Below are positions 9,440 to 20,214 of a stretch of DNA of 64,000 nt, in pieces (within the stretch, counting starts at the first letter, position 1; each line of letters starts with the position of its first letter). Source of the DNA: Candidatus Heimdallarchaeum endolithica (lineage in GTDB: Archaea; Asgardarchaeota; Heimdallarchaeia; Heimdallarchaeales; Heimdallarchaeaceae). Below the pieces are notes generated by a model. It was not told where the DNA came from and did no database searches. It saw only the letters and a program-made list of their open reading frames with translations. Location of the stretch: positions 1,280,001 to 1,344,000 of the forward strand of contig CP084167.1 in assembly GCA_021513715.1 (NCBI GenBank), read 5' to 3'. The position numbers and the translations under genes were made by a program.

Positions 9440-12400
9440 ATGGAATCCACATTAGAGAAAATGGGTTTATCAAAGGAAGAAATTGAAGTTTATGCTAATA
9501 TTGTTCAATTTGGCTTTAGAACTATAGGACAGATTCAAATTTATACAAAAACAGATACTGAAACTATTGTACAAGCCTTAAATAAATTAGTAGAAAAAGG
9601 ATACATTAAAGAAATAAAACCAAGAAAACCAGAGGGTACTTCAATATTCATCCCTCTTCCACCTCAAATTAAACTTACAGAAGATGTTGCTAAAAGATTG
9701 GATGACGAACTATCTGCTCTCAGTAGAGAAGTAAACGAGGATTGGAACAATACTATTACATTGCTACGCAAAGAATTACTTGCTTTTCATGAGAATATGT
9801 CTTCAAATCTTGGAGAACATAAAAATCAAATTTCTGATGAAGCTAACAAATTTCACTCTGAGATGAATGATCTCATCAATAAAAAGAAAACAGAATTAGA
9901 AAATTCAATTTCAAAAATCAATCAAGAAATAAAAACTCTCCTGGATACAGATGAAGAAAATCTTCAAAAATCTTCTGAGAGAGTCAAAGAGACAATAAAT
10001 ACTAGTTTTGATACCACCATTCACAAGATAGGTGAGTTTCACGATAATTTCAAATCAAAAATTGAAGAAACATATAAGAAACTAGAAGAAGAACATAAAG
10101 AAAAAATTTCCAAACAAAAAGAGAATATTCAAAATAAACTTCAAGAGATTATAGATTTAGCAAAAAGTAATCTAGATAAGAATTTCTCTGTTTTAGATGA
10201 AAACCAAGAAATTGTTAAAGGAAAAACGTCCGATGTTTTTTCTGATTTAGCTGAAAAGAGTAATAGTGTGGGAAATAATAGTATTGAGTCTACAAAGAAT
10301 ACAATTAACTCGATTATTGAGAAATATAAAGAAAAGATTAATCAATACCAATCAAACGTTAAAGACATTTTAAGTTCTCTAAACGAAGAATTAACAGCTC
10401 TTGAGAATTCAACAAATGACAATATTGTTCAAACAATTACTCAAGCAAAAGATATTGCTATTTCTGTATTGAATGATAATGAAAAGCAATTTATTAAGCT
10501 TGTAGAAGATACAAAAACAAATGCTGTCCAAAAACTAAGTCAACTTATTTCTGAAACAGGAGAGAAGAATAACAATGCAAAAGAAGAACTAATCTCTGCA
10601 TTAAAGGATTATCTTTCCCAATTTGAAGAGAACAGTCAAAATCTTCTTGCTTTACTGAAAGATGGAATAAAGGCTGGTTTCACTAATTTACAAGAAGGAT
10701 TAGAAAATTCAATTACTAAACTCAATGAACAGATAACAACTATGCAAGAAGACATTGAAGAATTTGTTGAATCATATATTGGTTCTTTATTTGAAGATAT
10801 TGAAAATATTAAACAGACCATATTAACAAAATTGAATACCAATATTGAAAAGTTTTCAAAAGATACAACTAACAAACATAATAAGAACAAGGAACTAATC
10901 TCGAAAATAGAGAATGATTTCACTCAAGCTACCACTGATATTATTCAAAAATCAAGTGAAATGATAGTAAACGAAACAGAGAAAATTTCTTCTGAAATAA
11001 AAGAAAGCAAAGAAAAACTAAAAGAAGAAAATACCTCTTTCCTTACAAAACATCATGATGAAATTGAGAATTACAAGGAAACCCTTTCTGAAACAATAAA
11101 ACAACTTTTTGAAAATAAAGAAGAGTTTAATTCATTCTTTGTAGAACATCTAGATAACTTAAAAACTGAAGCAAAGGAAAAAATAGAAACTAATAAAGAG
11201 ACAAACATCAAAAATGTTAAAGAAAAGTTAAATTCAAAGAATGAGGAATATACAAAAAGGATCAATGATTTCGTAGAAGAATATCTACGCGAGTCTAGAA
11301 ACATAAGAGATGAAACACCTAACCTTGTTGAGCTAGAATATACTAAAGCTTCAAACAAAATTAATGAAATAAGTTCCAATCTTTCAGAGCTTATCAGTGC
11401 CTTCACCACAATGGTTAATGAAATTTATGATAAAATAGATGAAAAAGCAGCTAACAAATTATTTGGTAAAGGTGAAGGATTAAACTTCATTGATAGGTTA
11501 GAAAAAATCAAGAATGATAATCAAAACATATCTGAAAAAGTGAAAACTGATCTTGACTCTCTTTATCGTACTTTTGAAAGTTCTAAAGAAAAATTGAGTG
11601 AAGACATTTTCGATAAAATGAATAAACACATTGAACTATTTACAGATTACAACGAAGAGAACATTACTCAGTTTAATGAATTTATTGAAAATACAAAGAA
11701 GGAAATTGAAGAAAGCTTAGATTCTGCAATAGAAGACCTAAAAGCTAAAATTGATAATGAGATATCAGAATATAAAACGGCTTTTGACACCCAAATAAAT
11801 GATAAATTCATAATATTGTCTTCTCTAATTGGTGAAGAAATAGAAAAGACAAAGGATATGCCTGAAATCGATACTTTAGAAGAGTTTTTCACAAAGGTTA
11901 AAAACGAAACTAGTACAAAAATTAAAGAATTTGTTAAAATGCTTGATTCTTCGTTTACTAAACAGGAAAAATCTTCTGGTTCTTTACATAAATCTTTAGT
12001 TAAAAAACTTGATGAATTACAGAAACAATCTTTGAAGACACTAAATAAGGCTAAAGTAGAGTTAGAAAAAGTAAATGATGAAATTACTACTGAGTCGAAT
12101 TCTCTTCTTCAGACAACTGTTGAAAATATGGAACAAGATATTGAAAACACAATTACAGAGAGTAAGGAAAAAGCAAATGAAAAGGTGGCTGAAAAGAAAG
12201 AAGAACTAACCAAAATTGTCACAGAGAGTATTGATGGTTTGGTGGAATCAAAGAATAGAATTCAAGCTGAAATTGAGAAAAGTAATAATGATGTTCTCGC
12301 CAATTTAGATGATTCAATTGTTAAAAATATTGAGTCTCATTCAGAGTTAGTAGACTCATTATCTAACAAGATGGATAATTCAATGGTAAGTTTGCAAGCA

Positions 12401-13762
12401 GAACTTGACGAAGCAAAGAAAGCTTTAGACACAGAAGTCAGTGATACTTTAGATAAAGCTTCTAAAGATTATAGTACTCATACTAACAATGTCAACAACG
12501 AAATAGAAGAAAAGATTAAGGAAAAAATAAATGAATTTAAAGAGCAATTTAGAGAAATTACTACAGAGATTTCAGTTGATCCTGAGAAGGAATCACCTTT
12601 AGATGAAACTACTGCAGAGATTATTGCTCAATTAGAGAAAATAACAGAACATTATCCTTCTCAAATGAAGAAAGAGAGAGATGAATATGTAGAGAAGATT
12701 AAAGAAACATTGTCTCAATTCCAAGAATCTTCTCAAAGTAAAATCGATTCAATTATATCAAGTGTAAAGAAGGATGTGCAAAATGTTTTCGATTCTTCAT
12801 CAGAGTTCCTTGGCAAAAGTATTAATGAAATAGAACAAAGTTTTGAAAAGGAAGTAAACGATTATACTTTAGCAGTAAATCATGATGTCAATACACTTGT
12901 GAGTTCATCTGACAGCAATTCAGGAGCTCTGGTTACCAATATTCAAAGTACAAGAGACTCACTAGTAGACACAATTGATGTAGCAAGCAAATCCATTTCA
13001 TCGAATTTAGATACTATAGAAAAATCAACTAAAGATGCTCTATCTGTTTTTCTGTCATCCACTTTAGAGCAATTGAAAGAAATTTCTCAAGGAACAGAGA
13101 TGATACTCAACCATAAAGATGCTTATCTAAAAGCAATAGATGAGTTTAGAGATCAATTTATTGAAACAAATACTAGCATTATCAACGATGTCGAAAAAGA
13201 TGCTTCTAAGACCCTAAAAGCCATTCCAGAAAAGATCAAGAATGTTTTAGAAGCAACAGCTGATGCTATGGAATTAATGCGTAAGGTATTATCTTTAGGA
13301 GCTGGAATAGAGCCTAAACCTGTTGAAGAGACATGGGTAGTCTATGGTAAAGAGCAAGTAGATTCAGCTATTATGTCAATGTTTTCACGAACAAAACGTT
13401 CATCAACCACTGTAACACCTTATTTGAATTGGATGGATATTGAGACATTAGAGCAAGACACTAACATTTCAAGAAAAAGGATAGAAATTATTTCTGACAT
13501 GGCTTCCCACACTGATAATGATAAGAAAGTAATAACTAAAATAATGAGTATAAACAAAGAAATTGGAAATATAATACTAAAAGACAAAACTGGATTAGAT
13601 ATTATTTTAGGAACAAGAGATGGAACAGAGGAAGGAATTATCGGTTATCCAACTACTACTAGTGGAGAACCAGTGCTTATCGTTACTTTCAATGAATTGC
13701 TTGTTAAAGAAATTTCTAGATTACAGGCAGAATACAAAAGTACAAGACCTTTCACTGGTTAA
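9440..13762 (+). CDS. Giant TrmB-like protein: N-terminal wHTH, ~1200-aa helical rod, C-terminal TrmB effector-type domain
   Basis: LEKMGLSKEEIEVY...ALNKLVEKGYI...FIPLPP matches the TrmB wHTH; TWVVYGKEQVDSAIMSMFSRTKRS matches the start of the TrmB C-terminal domain. Confidence 0.72.
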   Translation: MESTLEKMGLSKEEIEVYANIVQFGFRTIGQIQIYTKTDTETIVQALNKLVEKGYIKEIKPRKPEGTSIFIPLPPQIKLTEDVAKRLDDELSALSREVNEDWNNTITLLRKELLAFHENMSSNLGEHKNQISDEANKFHSEMNDLINKKKTELENSISKINQEIKTLLDTDEENLQKSSERVKETINTSFDTTIHKIGEFHDNFKSKIEETYKKLEEEHKEKISKQKENIQNKLQEIIDLAKSNLDKNFSVLDENQEIVKGKTSDVFSDLAEKSNSVGNNSIESTKNTINSIIEKYKEKINQYQSNVKDILSSLNEELTALENSTNDNIVQTITQAKDIAISVLNDNEKQFIKLVEDTKTNAVQKLSQLISETGEKNNNAKEELISALKDYLSQFEENSQNLLALLKDGIKAGFTNLQEGLENSITKLNEQITTMQEDIEEFVESYIGSLFEDIENIKQTILTKLNTNIEKFSKDTTNKHNKNKELISKIENDFTQATTDIIQKSSEMIVNETEKISSEIKESKEKLKEENTSFLTKHHDEIENYKETLSETIKQLFENKEEFNSFFVEHLDNLKTEAKEKIETNKETNIKNVKEKLNSKNEEYTKRINDFVEEYLRESRNIRDETPNLVELEYTKASNKINEISSNLSELISAFTTMVNEIYDKIDEKAANKLFGKGEGLNFIDRLEKIKNDNQNISEKVKTDLDSLYRTFESSKEKLSEDIFDKMNKHIELFTDYNEENITQFNEFIENTKKEIEESLDSAIEDLKAKIDNEISEYKTAFDTQINDKFIILSSLIGEEIEKTKDMPEIDTLEEFFTKVKNETSTKIKEFVKMLDSSFTKQEKSSGSLHKSLVKKLDELQKQSLKTLNKAKVELEKVNDEITTESNSLLQTTVENMEQDIENTITESKEKANEKVAEKKEELTKIVTESIDGLVESKNRIQAEIEKSNNDVLANLDDSIVKNIESHSELVDSLSNKMDNSMVSLQAELDEAKKALDTEVSDTLDKASKDYSTHTNNVNNEIEEKIKEKINEFKEQFREITTEISVDPEKESPLDETTAEIIAQLEKITEHYPSQMKKERDEYVEKIKETLSQFQESSQSKIDSIISSVKKDVQNVFDSSSEFLGKSINEIEQSFEKEVNDYTLAVNHDVNTLVSSSDSNSGALVTNIQSTRDSLVDTIDVASKSISSNLDTIEKSTKDALSVFLSSTLEQLKEISQGTEMILNHKDAYLKAIDEFRDQFIETNTSIINDVEKDASKTLKAIPEKIKNVLEATADAMELMRKVLSLGAGIEPKPVEETWVVYGKEQVDSAIMSMFSRTKRSSTTVTPYLNWMDIETLEQDTNISRKRIEIISDMASHTDNDKKVITKIMSINKEIGNIILKDKTGLDIILGTRDGTEEGIIGYPTTTSGEPVLIVTFNELLVKEISRLQAEYKSTRPFTG

Positions 13763-13783
13763 TACTCTTTTTCTTTTTTTTTT
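13763..13783 (+). terminator. Oligo-T archaeal terminator candidate
   Basis: tactctttttctttttttttt immediately after the stop codon of the 1440-aa gene. Confidence 0.5.
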
Positions 13784-13831
13784 GAAAAATATTAAAATAG
13801 TCGATAGAGTATATTATTCTCTAAGAGACTC

Positions 13832-14233
13832 GTGTCAAAAATGTGGATTAGACAACCATGCCCTATGGCTAGAATCTTAGAAGAAAAAGTTTACTGTATT
13901 TTAGATGGAGATTTTGAAGAAGTAATGCCTGTAAAATTTAGTGATATCAGTATGATAACTAAAGAGATTTTAAATAAGTTAGACTCTCCTCTATATTGTA
14001 CCAACTCTGTTGTTGAAAGTAAAAACCATTATATTTGCTGTCCAACAAAAAAAGAGATAATCGAAATAAAAGAAAACAAAATAGAAAAAGAATTGTATGA
14101 AAGTGTTCTTTCAGCATTGTTATTTTTAGACCCTTCCCAAGACATGTGTTCTGAGTGCTTATACAAAGCTTTTTCAACTTTAGATTATGAAGAACAAAGG
14201 AGAAATTTGCTTAATTCTCCTTCTTTGAAATGA
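13832..14233 (+). CDS. Cys-rich hypothetical protein
   Basis: 133-aa ORF with host-like codon use and several Cys including CSEC. Confidence 0.6.
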   Translation: MSKMWIRQPCPMARILEEKVYCILDGDFEEVMPVKFSDISMITKEILNKLDSPLYCTNSVVESKNHYICCPTKKEIIEIKENKIEKELYESVLSALLFLDPSQDMCSECLYKAFSTLDYEEQRRNLLNSPSLK

Positions 14234-15218
14234 ATTCTACTAAATCAATCATTCTGTTACTATAACCTGTTTCGTTATCGTACCAAGCAACAACTTTGAT
14301 TTGATTACCATTTGCAAAGATGTAACCAAAATCAACAATTGCAGAGTGTGGACTACCATTATAATCTATTGAAACAAGTGGTTCTTCTGAAATAGCTAGA
14401 ATTCCTTTCATTTTACCATTCGTTGCTTCCCTAAAGGCATCTAATATTTCCTCTTTTCTTACTTTATTCTTCAAAGTATATACTGCATCAATTAGTGAAA
14501 CATTTGGACTGGGAACACGAATCGACATTGCTTCTAGTTTTCCTTCCAGATGTGGAAGAACTTTTCCTACTGCTATAGCGGCTCCTGTTGAAGTTGGTAT
14601 GATGTTCATTGCAGCTGAACGAGCTCTTCTTAAGTCACCATGTGGAGCATCTAGAATTCTTTGATCACTAGTGTAACTATGAACTGTTGTCATGAAACCG
14701 CCCTCTACTCCAAAGTTATCATCTATTACTTTTGTAACTGGAGCATAGCAATTTGTTGTACAACTTGCATTAGAAATTATTTTATCTTCTTCTGGATTAA
14801 ATAAATGCTCATTAACTCCAAGAACAAAAGTTTTTACTGGCCCTCCTTTTCCAGGAGCTGAAATTAAAACTCTTTTAACATTGCCTGAAAGATGTTTTGA
14901 AGCCAAATCATATTTTCGAAATAGTCCTGTAGATTCTATCACATAATCTACTTCCCACTTATTCCAAGGAATATTTGCAGGGTCTCTTTCTGCAGAAACA
15001 GGGATGTATTTTCCATCTACCTCAAGTCCCTCATCTACAGCTTTAACTGAATAAGGAAAGCTTCCATGAGCTGAATCATACTTAAGCAAATGAGCCAGAG
15101 TTTTTGAATTTGTAATATCATTAATTCCTACAAACTCTATATCCTTTCTCTTGAATCCAGCTCTAAAAACTCCTCGACCAATTCTTCCAAAACCGTTAAT
15201 ACCAATTCTAATAGTCAT
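14211..15218 (-). CDS. gap: Class I (bacterial/eukaryotic-type) glyceraldehyde-3-phosphate dehydrogenase
   Basis: GINGFGRIGR, ESTG, SNASCTTNC, WYDNE. Confidence 0.97.
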   Translation of the reverse strand: MTIRIGINGFGRIGRGVFRAGFKRKDIEFVGINDITNSKTLAHLLKYDSAHGSFPYSVKAVDEGLEVDGKYIPVSAERDPANIPWNKWEVDYVIESTGLFRKYDLASKHLSGNVKRVLISAPGKGGPVKTFVLGVNEHLFNPEEDKIISNASCTTNCYAPVTKVIDDNFGVEGGFMTTVHSYTSDQRILDAPHGDLRRARSAAMNIIPTSTGAAIAVGKVLPHLEGKLEAMSIRVPSPNVSLIDAVYTLKNKVRKEEILDAFREATNGKMKGILAISEEPLVSIDYNGSPHSAIVDFGYIFANGNQIKVVAWYDNETGYSNRMIDLVEFISKKEN

Positions 15219-15343
15219 AAAGCCAATTTAGCATTTACAAATTTAAATTTTACTCAATAAAGATAATATGTATTAAATATACATATTAATTTATTAAAAA
15301 AAAGATTAAGTAATTTATTCAAAAAAAGAAAAAAGAAAAAGAT

Positions 15344-16348
15344 TTATGTCTTTATAGCATACCTATCTGAGCCTTTCACACTTACACCTAGGATACGGAT
15401 AAAGAACCAAGTTGAGAAGAGTCCTATGAAAAGAAAATCAATAAGTGAAACAAACACTCCAAATTTCAAAGATTCTGCTCCAGACCAGTAGTCAGTAGCA
15501 TAACGTATAATTCCCACAATGAGCATTGCAAGTGTGAAAACTAAGGCTAAACTCATTTCTACTAAGACCACACCCCAGAAAAAGTTTTTGGACATATTCT
15601 CTACATATTTCTTTCCTACAAGATAGTCAAGAACAAAGTGTCTAATTTTGTTGTGAATATTGACAAAGAATTGTGCAATTTTCTTTGGAAATTCTCCGAT
15701 ATACTTAAAGAAGTTTCTGACAGCTCTAACAGCTTTTTGCATGAATGTAGCATGAAACAGCAAAAATCCTAGTCCTGCTAAGATAATTAAAGCAAATAGT
15801 AATATCATTGCAGAAATCCAGTCATGACCAGCTAAAAGATCTCCTAATGGTTGAACTAGTCCTTTCCAAATTCCTTTAACAAAAATAGCTTCAATAACAA
15901 TCCAGATTCCTTTACCTATAGCTATAAATATATTTCCTAAAGCCTTCCAAAAACCAATGTTTGCAAACCACTGCCACAATGCTTTGAAAACATCAAAGTA
16001 AACTAATATGAAAATTATACTAATACATAGACTCATCATAAAGAATAGTGTTGGAATGAGAGAAAGGAACTTTTTATCTTCCTCTGTTAGTGCATGATCT
16101 CCTCTTTCTTTCAAGAATCTAACTATGTACACGACAAGAAGACCTGTATACCAAAACGGTGCAAAAACTACTTTAAGAACAGCATATATAATTCTCCAGA
16201 TAATTAAGAAGAATTTCTTAACATCCCCCCATGTGATTAATCCTCCTTCGATTCTTTTTGCTTTTCGTTCTTCTCGTTTAGCTTGTTTTTCTTCTTTTTT
16301 GGACTTTTTCTGAGCTTCATTATTTTTTTTTGCGTCTTCCTTTTTCAT
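15344..16348 (-). CDS. Multi-pass membrane protein of unknown function
   Basis: Basic N-terminus, several hydrophobic and amphipathic helices. Confidence 0.75.
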   Translation of the reverse strand: MKKEDAKKNNEAQKKSKKEEKQAKREERKAKRIEGGLITWGDVKKFFLIIWRIIYAVLKVVFAPFWYTGLLVVYIVRFLKERGDHALTEEDKKFLSLIPTLFFMMSLCISIIFILVYFDVFKALWQWFANIGFWKALGNIFIAIGKGIWIVIEAIFVKGIWKGLVQPLGDLLAGHDWISAMILLFALIILAGLGFLLFHATFMQKAVRAVRNFFKYIGEFPKKIAQFFVNIHNKIRHFVLDYLVGKKYVENMSKNFFWGVVLVEMSLALVFTLAMLIVGIIRYATDYWSGAESLKFGVFVSLIDFLFIGLFSTWFFIRILGVSVKGSDRYAIKT

Positions 16349-16511
16349 AATTGTGAATTGGTGTGCTAAAATATAAGGTTTCTGTAAAAAGGTCAGTTAT
16401 TTAAGTTCGATGCAATTCTAGACTTTTTTAGAACTAATCATAATTACTATACAAAATCTTGGAACAAAGAAAAAAATATATTTATGTAAGAGTAAATGAA
16501 TTTGAATAATA

Positions 16512-17519
16512 ATGCGAATAAAAAAGATTTTAACTTTATTCTTAATTTTAATTGTTTTCACAGTAAGTAATTTCAATCCAAAATTGACAAAAGCAAGTTT
16601 TTATTTAGGTTCTATTGAGAAAGAAGATGATTGGTTTATCGAATCCAAAAAAGTAGATTTTAATGATAGTTTTAAAGCAAACATTAATTTTGCTTTTGGC
16701 AATACTAGTTTAGGCTTTGCTACTTATCTTTCTTTTAACTCAGAGATCAATGCTCCTTTAAATATTACAGGTTACTTAAATCGAAAAATAAAGAAAGACA
16801 GTTCTACCATTGGACTTAATGTTAAAGGAGATAAAGGAAATATCATTATTGGTTTAAATGGGACTGTTTTAGTTGCTATAAATGATACCATTCTACCTTT
16901 TGAATTTAATCAGGATTTACAAAATTCTTACACTAACTTTTCTTCTTTATTTGGAGAAAATATAAGTATCCCAATTAATGTTAATCCAATCACTTTTGAA
17001 ATTCCTACAGAAGACTTTTTACCCAATTTTCTAATTACAGAAATAAAAGTCAAAGTTCAACCTGTTCTTCTATTTACTGGCTCAATATCTCTTTCTTTAG
17101 AAGTTATAAATGAAACTTTAACTTGGAATACTGGCGAAGAGATCTATTTTACTGATGTACAAATCTCTAAAGATCAAACAGACTATTCTATTTACTTAAA
17201 AAACATTAATTATAATTTTTCAAACACAACAATCAAAATAACTGCAATAAAATCAACTGTAACTTTTTCTAGTGACACATTTGGCGATTTGTATAGTACT
17301 GAATTTGAGATAGAACTTGATACTATAAACAATAGTTCTAATGACCAATTAGTTAACGATTTAGCTGTCTTTTTGCTTGACAATCTTGTTGAGTTGGAAG
17401 ATGAAACATTAACTATTTCTATTGCAGATACACCTTTCAACCTATCAAGTGTATTTATTGCAATAATTGTAATGCTTATTACAACCAGAAAAATTAAACT
17501 TAAAAAATCAAAAACTTAA
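16512..17519 (+). CDS. Secreted/surface protein with C-terminal TM anchor
   Basis: Signal peptide MRIKKILTLFLILIVF, many NxS/T sequons, C-terminal TPF + hydrophobic helix + basic tail. Confidence 0.75.
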   Translation: MRIKKILTLFLILIVFTVSNFNPKLTKASFYLGSIEKEDDWFIESKKVDFNDSFKANINFAFGNTSLGFATYLSFNSEINAPLNITGYLNRKIKKDSSTIGLNVKGDKGNIIIGLNGTVLVAINDTILPFEFNQDLQNSYTNFSSLFGENISIPINVNPITFEIPTEDFLPNFLITEIKVKVQPVLLFTGSISLSLEVINETLTWNTGEEIYFTDVQISKDQTDYSIYLKNINYNFSNTTIKITAIKSTVTFSSDTFGDLYSTEFEIELDTINNSSNDQLVNDLAVFLLDNLVELEDETLTISIADTPFNLSSVFIAIIVMLITTRKIKLKKSKT

Positions 17520-17595
17520 TTTTCTTTTTCTTTTACCTAAAATTTTATAAAAAATCCTCAAATCCATTCCTTGAAAACGAATTGGAGGATTTAAA

Positions 17596-18822
17596 ATGGA
17601 TAACTCAAATTCAAAAACAAAATACTTCTTAGATCTAGATAAAAAAAATACTGCACACAATTACAAACCAATTCCTGTTGTTATTAAAAAAGCAAAAGGC
17701 ATCTGGGTTTGGGATGTTGACGGAAAGAAATACCTTGATTGTCTTTCAGCTTATTCATCACAAAATTTTGGTCATCGTCATCCTAAGCTTGTTAATGCAT
17801 TGAAAAAACAACTGAATAAGGTAATCTTAACTTCTCGAGCTTTTTGTAATGATAGTATGGGTAAAGCAGCTAAGAAACTTTGTGAACTTACAGGGTATGA
17901 AGTTTTTTTGCCCATGAACACTGGAGCAGAAGCTGTTGAATCTGCTCTTAAAATTGCTAGAAAATGGGGTTATGAGAAAAAAAATGTAGAAGAAAATAAA
18001 GCAGAAATCATTGTTTGTGAGAATAATTTTCATGGTCGAACTATAACTATTGTTGGTTTCTCTACAGATCCTGATTGTTATAGTGGATTCGGCCCAAAGA
18101 CACCAGGGTTCAAGATTATCCCTTATGGAGATATTGAAGCTTTAAAAAAAGCAATAACAAAGAATACAGTAGGCTTCCTTGTTGAACCAATTCAAGGAGA
18201 AGCAGGAGTAATTGTTCCACCTGAAGGATACTTAAAAGAAGCTTATGAATTATGCAAAGAAAAAAATGTTCTATTTATTGCAGATGAAATTCAAACTGGT
18301 TTCTGTAGAACAGGTAAACTTTTTGCTTCTGAGTATGAAGATATTAAACCAGACATGACTCTTGTTGCTAAAGCAGTAGGAGGAGGAGTATGGCCAGTAT
18401 CTGGTGTTCTTTCATCTTGGGAAATTATGGATGTTTTGACTCCAGGCACACATGGTTCAACTTGGGGAGGAAATAGCGCAGGAATGGCTGTTTTGGAAGC
18501 AGTCTGTGATTTGGTTAAAGAACAAGACTTTTCAGGAAGAGCTAGAGAACTGGGCCAATTTTTCATGGATGGACTGAAAAAGATACAAAAGAAATATCCT
18601 GACAAAATTAAAGAAGTAAGAGGAAAAGGGTTACTTGTTGCAATTGAACTAAAAGTAAAGGCAAGACCTTACACTGAAGCTTTAAAAAATAATGAACCTG
18701 TTGGAGTTCTAGCTAAAGAAACACATTCTTATTCTATTCGATTTGCTCCACCTCTCACAATATCAGAGAAGGATCTTACATGGGCACTAGAAGTAATAGA
18801 CAAAGTTTTTGGTGAAATATAA
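17596..18822 (+). CDS. rocD: Ornithine--oxo-acid aminotransferase
   Basis: AHNYKPIP, DCLSAYSSQNFGH, PMNTGAEAVE, EPIQGEAG, ADEIQTG, HGSTWGGN. Confidence 0.93.
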   Translation: MDNSNSKTKYFLDLDKKNTAHNYKPIPVVIKKAKGIWVWDVDGKKYLDCLSAYSSQNFGHRHPKLVNALKKQLNKVILTSRAFCNDSMGKAAKKLCELTGYEVFLPMNTGAEAVESALKIARKWGYEKKNVEENKAEIIVCENNFHGRTITIVGFSTDPDCYSGFGPKTPGFKIIPYGDIEALKKAITKNTVGFLVEPIQGEAGVIVPPEGYLKEAYELCKEKNVLFIADEIQTGFCRTGKLFASEYEDIKPDMTLVAKAVGGGVWPVSGVLSSWEIMDVLTPGTHGSTWGGNSAGMAVLEAVCDLVKEQDFSGRARELGQFFMDGLKKIQKKYPDKIKEVRGKGLLVAIELKVKARPYTEALKNNEPVGVLAKETHSYSIRFAPPLTISEKDLTWALEVIDKVFGEI

Positions 18823-18869
18823 TTTTTCTTTTTTTCTAACTTTCTTTTTATATTAAAAAAAAATAATAT

Positions 18870-20081
18870 TTACTCGAAGATTGAAATATCCTCGAATAAA
18901 ATGACAAAAATCAAGACCTGTATTAGAATAATCATTACAGCCTCAAAAGTATCAAATTTTCCATCATGAATACATCTTTTTACGAACCATAAGACACCTG
19001 CAATTGCTGCTAGTTGCAAAACTATAAATGGATGCAAAGTAATGGAAATGATCATTCCTAGTACACCAAAAATGAGAAGAGATGACTGAAGTATACCCCC
19101 TATGGAGTTTCCTAGAGCAACATCAATATCATGATTAATAGCGCTAACTATTGCTATACCATGCTCTGGAACTGCTCCTGCTGCTCCTAAAATAAGAGCT
19201 ATTGCTATAGGAGACAATTCGATTGAAGTTGTTCCATGCATCAATTCTTCAACACACCATGTGAGAGCTTCTCCACCAAAGAATATACCTGTAAAACCCA
19301 TAAGAAGCATCAAAATTGTCATAGGTTTTGATAGACGTTTCTCATGTTCTTGACTATGAGATTTTGTATCATTTTTCTCAATAGTTTCATTATTTTCTTG
19401 TTGTTCTATATCATCTGAAACTGATAGTTTGTCTTTTTTCACATCTTTTCTTCCAATGATAAACACTAAGTAAATTACATAACTTAAAGCTAACAAACTA
19501 GCTACTGGTTTTGTGAGTTGTGCATCAGATAAAACAAAAATTTCTGAATTGAGAGCGTGGATATATTCGATTATTGCAAAAACTGTAGTCATTAGGAGAG
19601 CTACAATTGCCCATCTAATTAGAGGAGATTCTTTTTTTTCTAAATCTGCAGGCACTTTTATTTCCCATTTTTTCCATGTAGCAACTAAAATTGCGAATCC
19701 TAGAATTAATGTGTTAAATCCTGCTGCAGAAAGAACTGTGATTACAGCTATTAACTCTTGACCTTTTAGTAACAACATAATAGCTATTACTGCTTCAGGA
19801 AGATTTGAAGCTAAACTTGAGAATATCCCTGCTACATATTCTGACAGACCAACGTATTTTGCACTACTATTCAACCCTTCCACTGCCCATTCAGAAGGTC
19901 TAAAAGCTAACCAAGTTCCTACGATGAATCCTAAGATGACAAGTGGAAGAGGAATTTGTTCCAGACAATATCGTAAAATGAAAAACACAGTAATAACAGC
20001 CAAAGCGATTATTGCTTCCCAAAAGCTAATATGAAAAGTCTTCTTAAACTGTTTTAGGAAATTCATAAATCTATTTTTCAA
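18870..20081 (-). CDS. Na+/Ca2+ (CaCA family) exchanger
   Basis: Two alpha-repeats (SLASNLPE; AAGAVPEH..GNSIG), about 11 TM helices with central hydrophilic loop. Confidence 0.85.
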   Translation of the reverse strand: MKNRFMNFLKQFKKTFHISFWEAIIALAVITVFFILRYCLEQIPLPLVILGFIVGTWLAFRPSEWAVEGLNSSAKYVGLSEYVAGIFSSLASNLPEAVIAIMLLLKGQELIAVITVLSAAGFNTLILGFAILVATWKKWEIKVPADLEKKESPLIRWAIVALLMTTVFAIIEYIHALNSEIFVLSDAQLTKPVASLLALSYVIYLVFIIGRKDVKKDKLSVSDDIEQQENNETIEKNDTKSHSQEHEKRLSKPMTILMLLMGFTGIFFGGEALTWCVEELMHGTTSIELSPIAIALILGAAGAVPEHGIAIVSAINHDIDVALGNSIGGILQSSLLIFGVLGMIISITLHPFIVLQLAAIAGVLWFVKRCIHDGKFDTFEAVMIILIQVLIFVILFEDISIFE

Positions 20082-20214
20082 AACGAGTATAAAATTCTAT
20101 TCATTTATTTTTTCTTTACAATCTTACGTTAAAAAGAATGTTTTTATAACCTACTAGATAATATTGCCTAATCTTACTTTTTAGTATAAAGATCACCAAT
20201 ACAAGGTTCCAACT

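Noticed and set aside
7989-13762. Annotation as SMC/Rad50
   Set aside because: Neither coiled-coil protein has Walker A/B or ABC signature motifs
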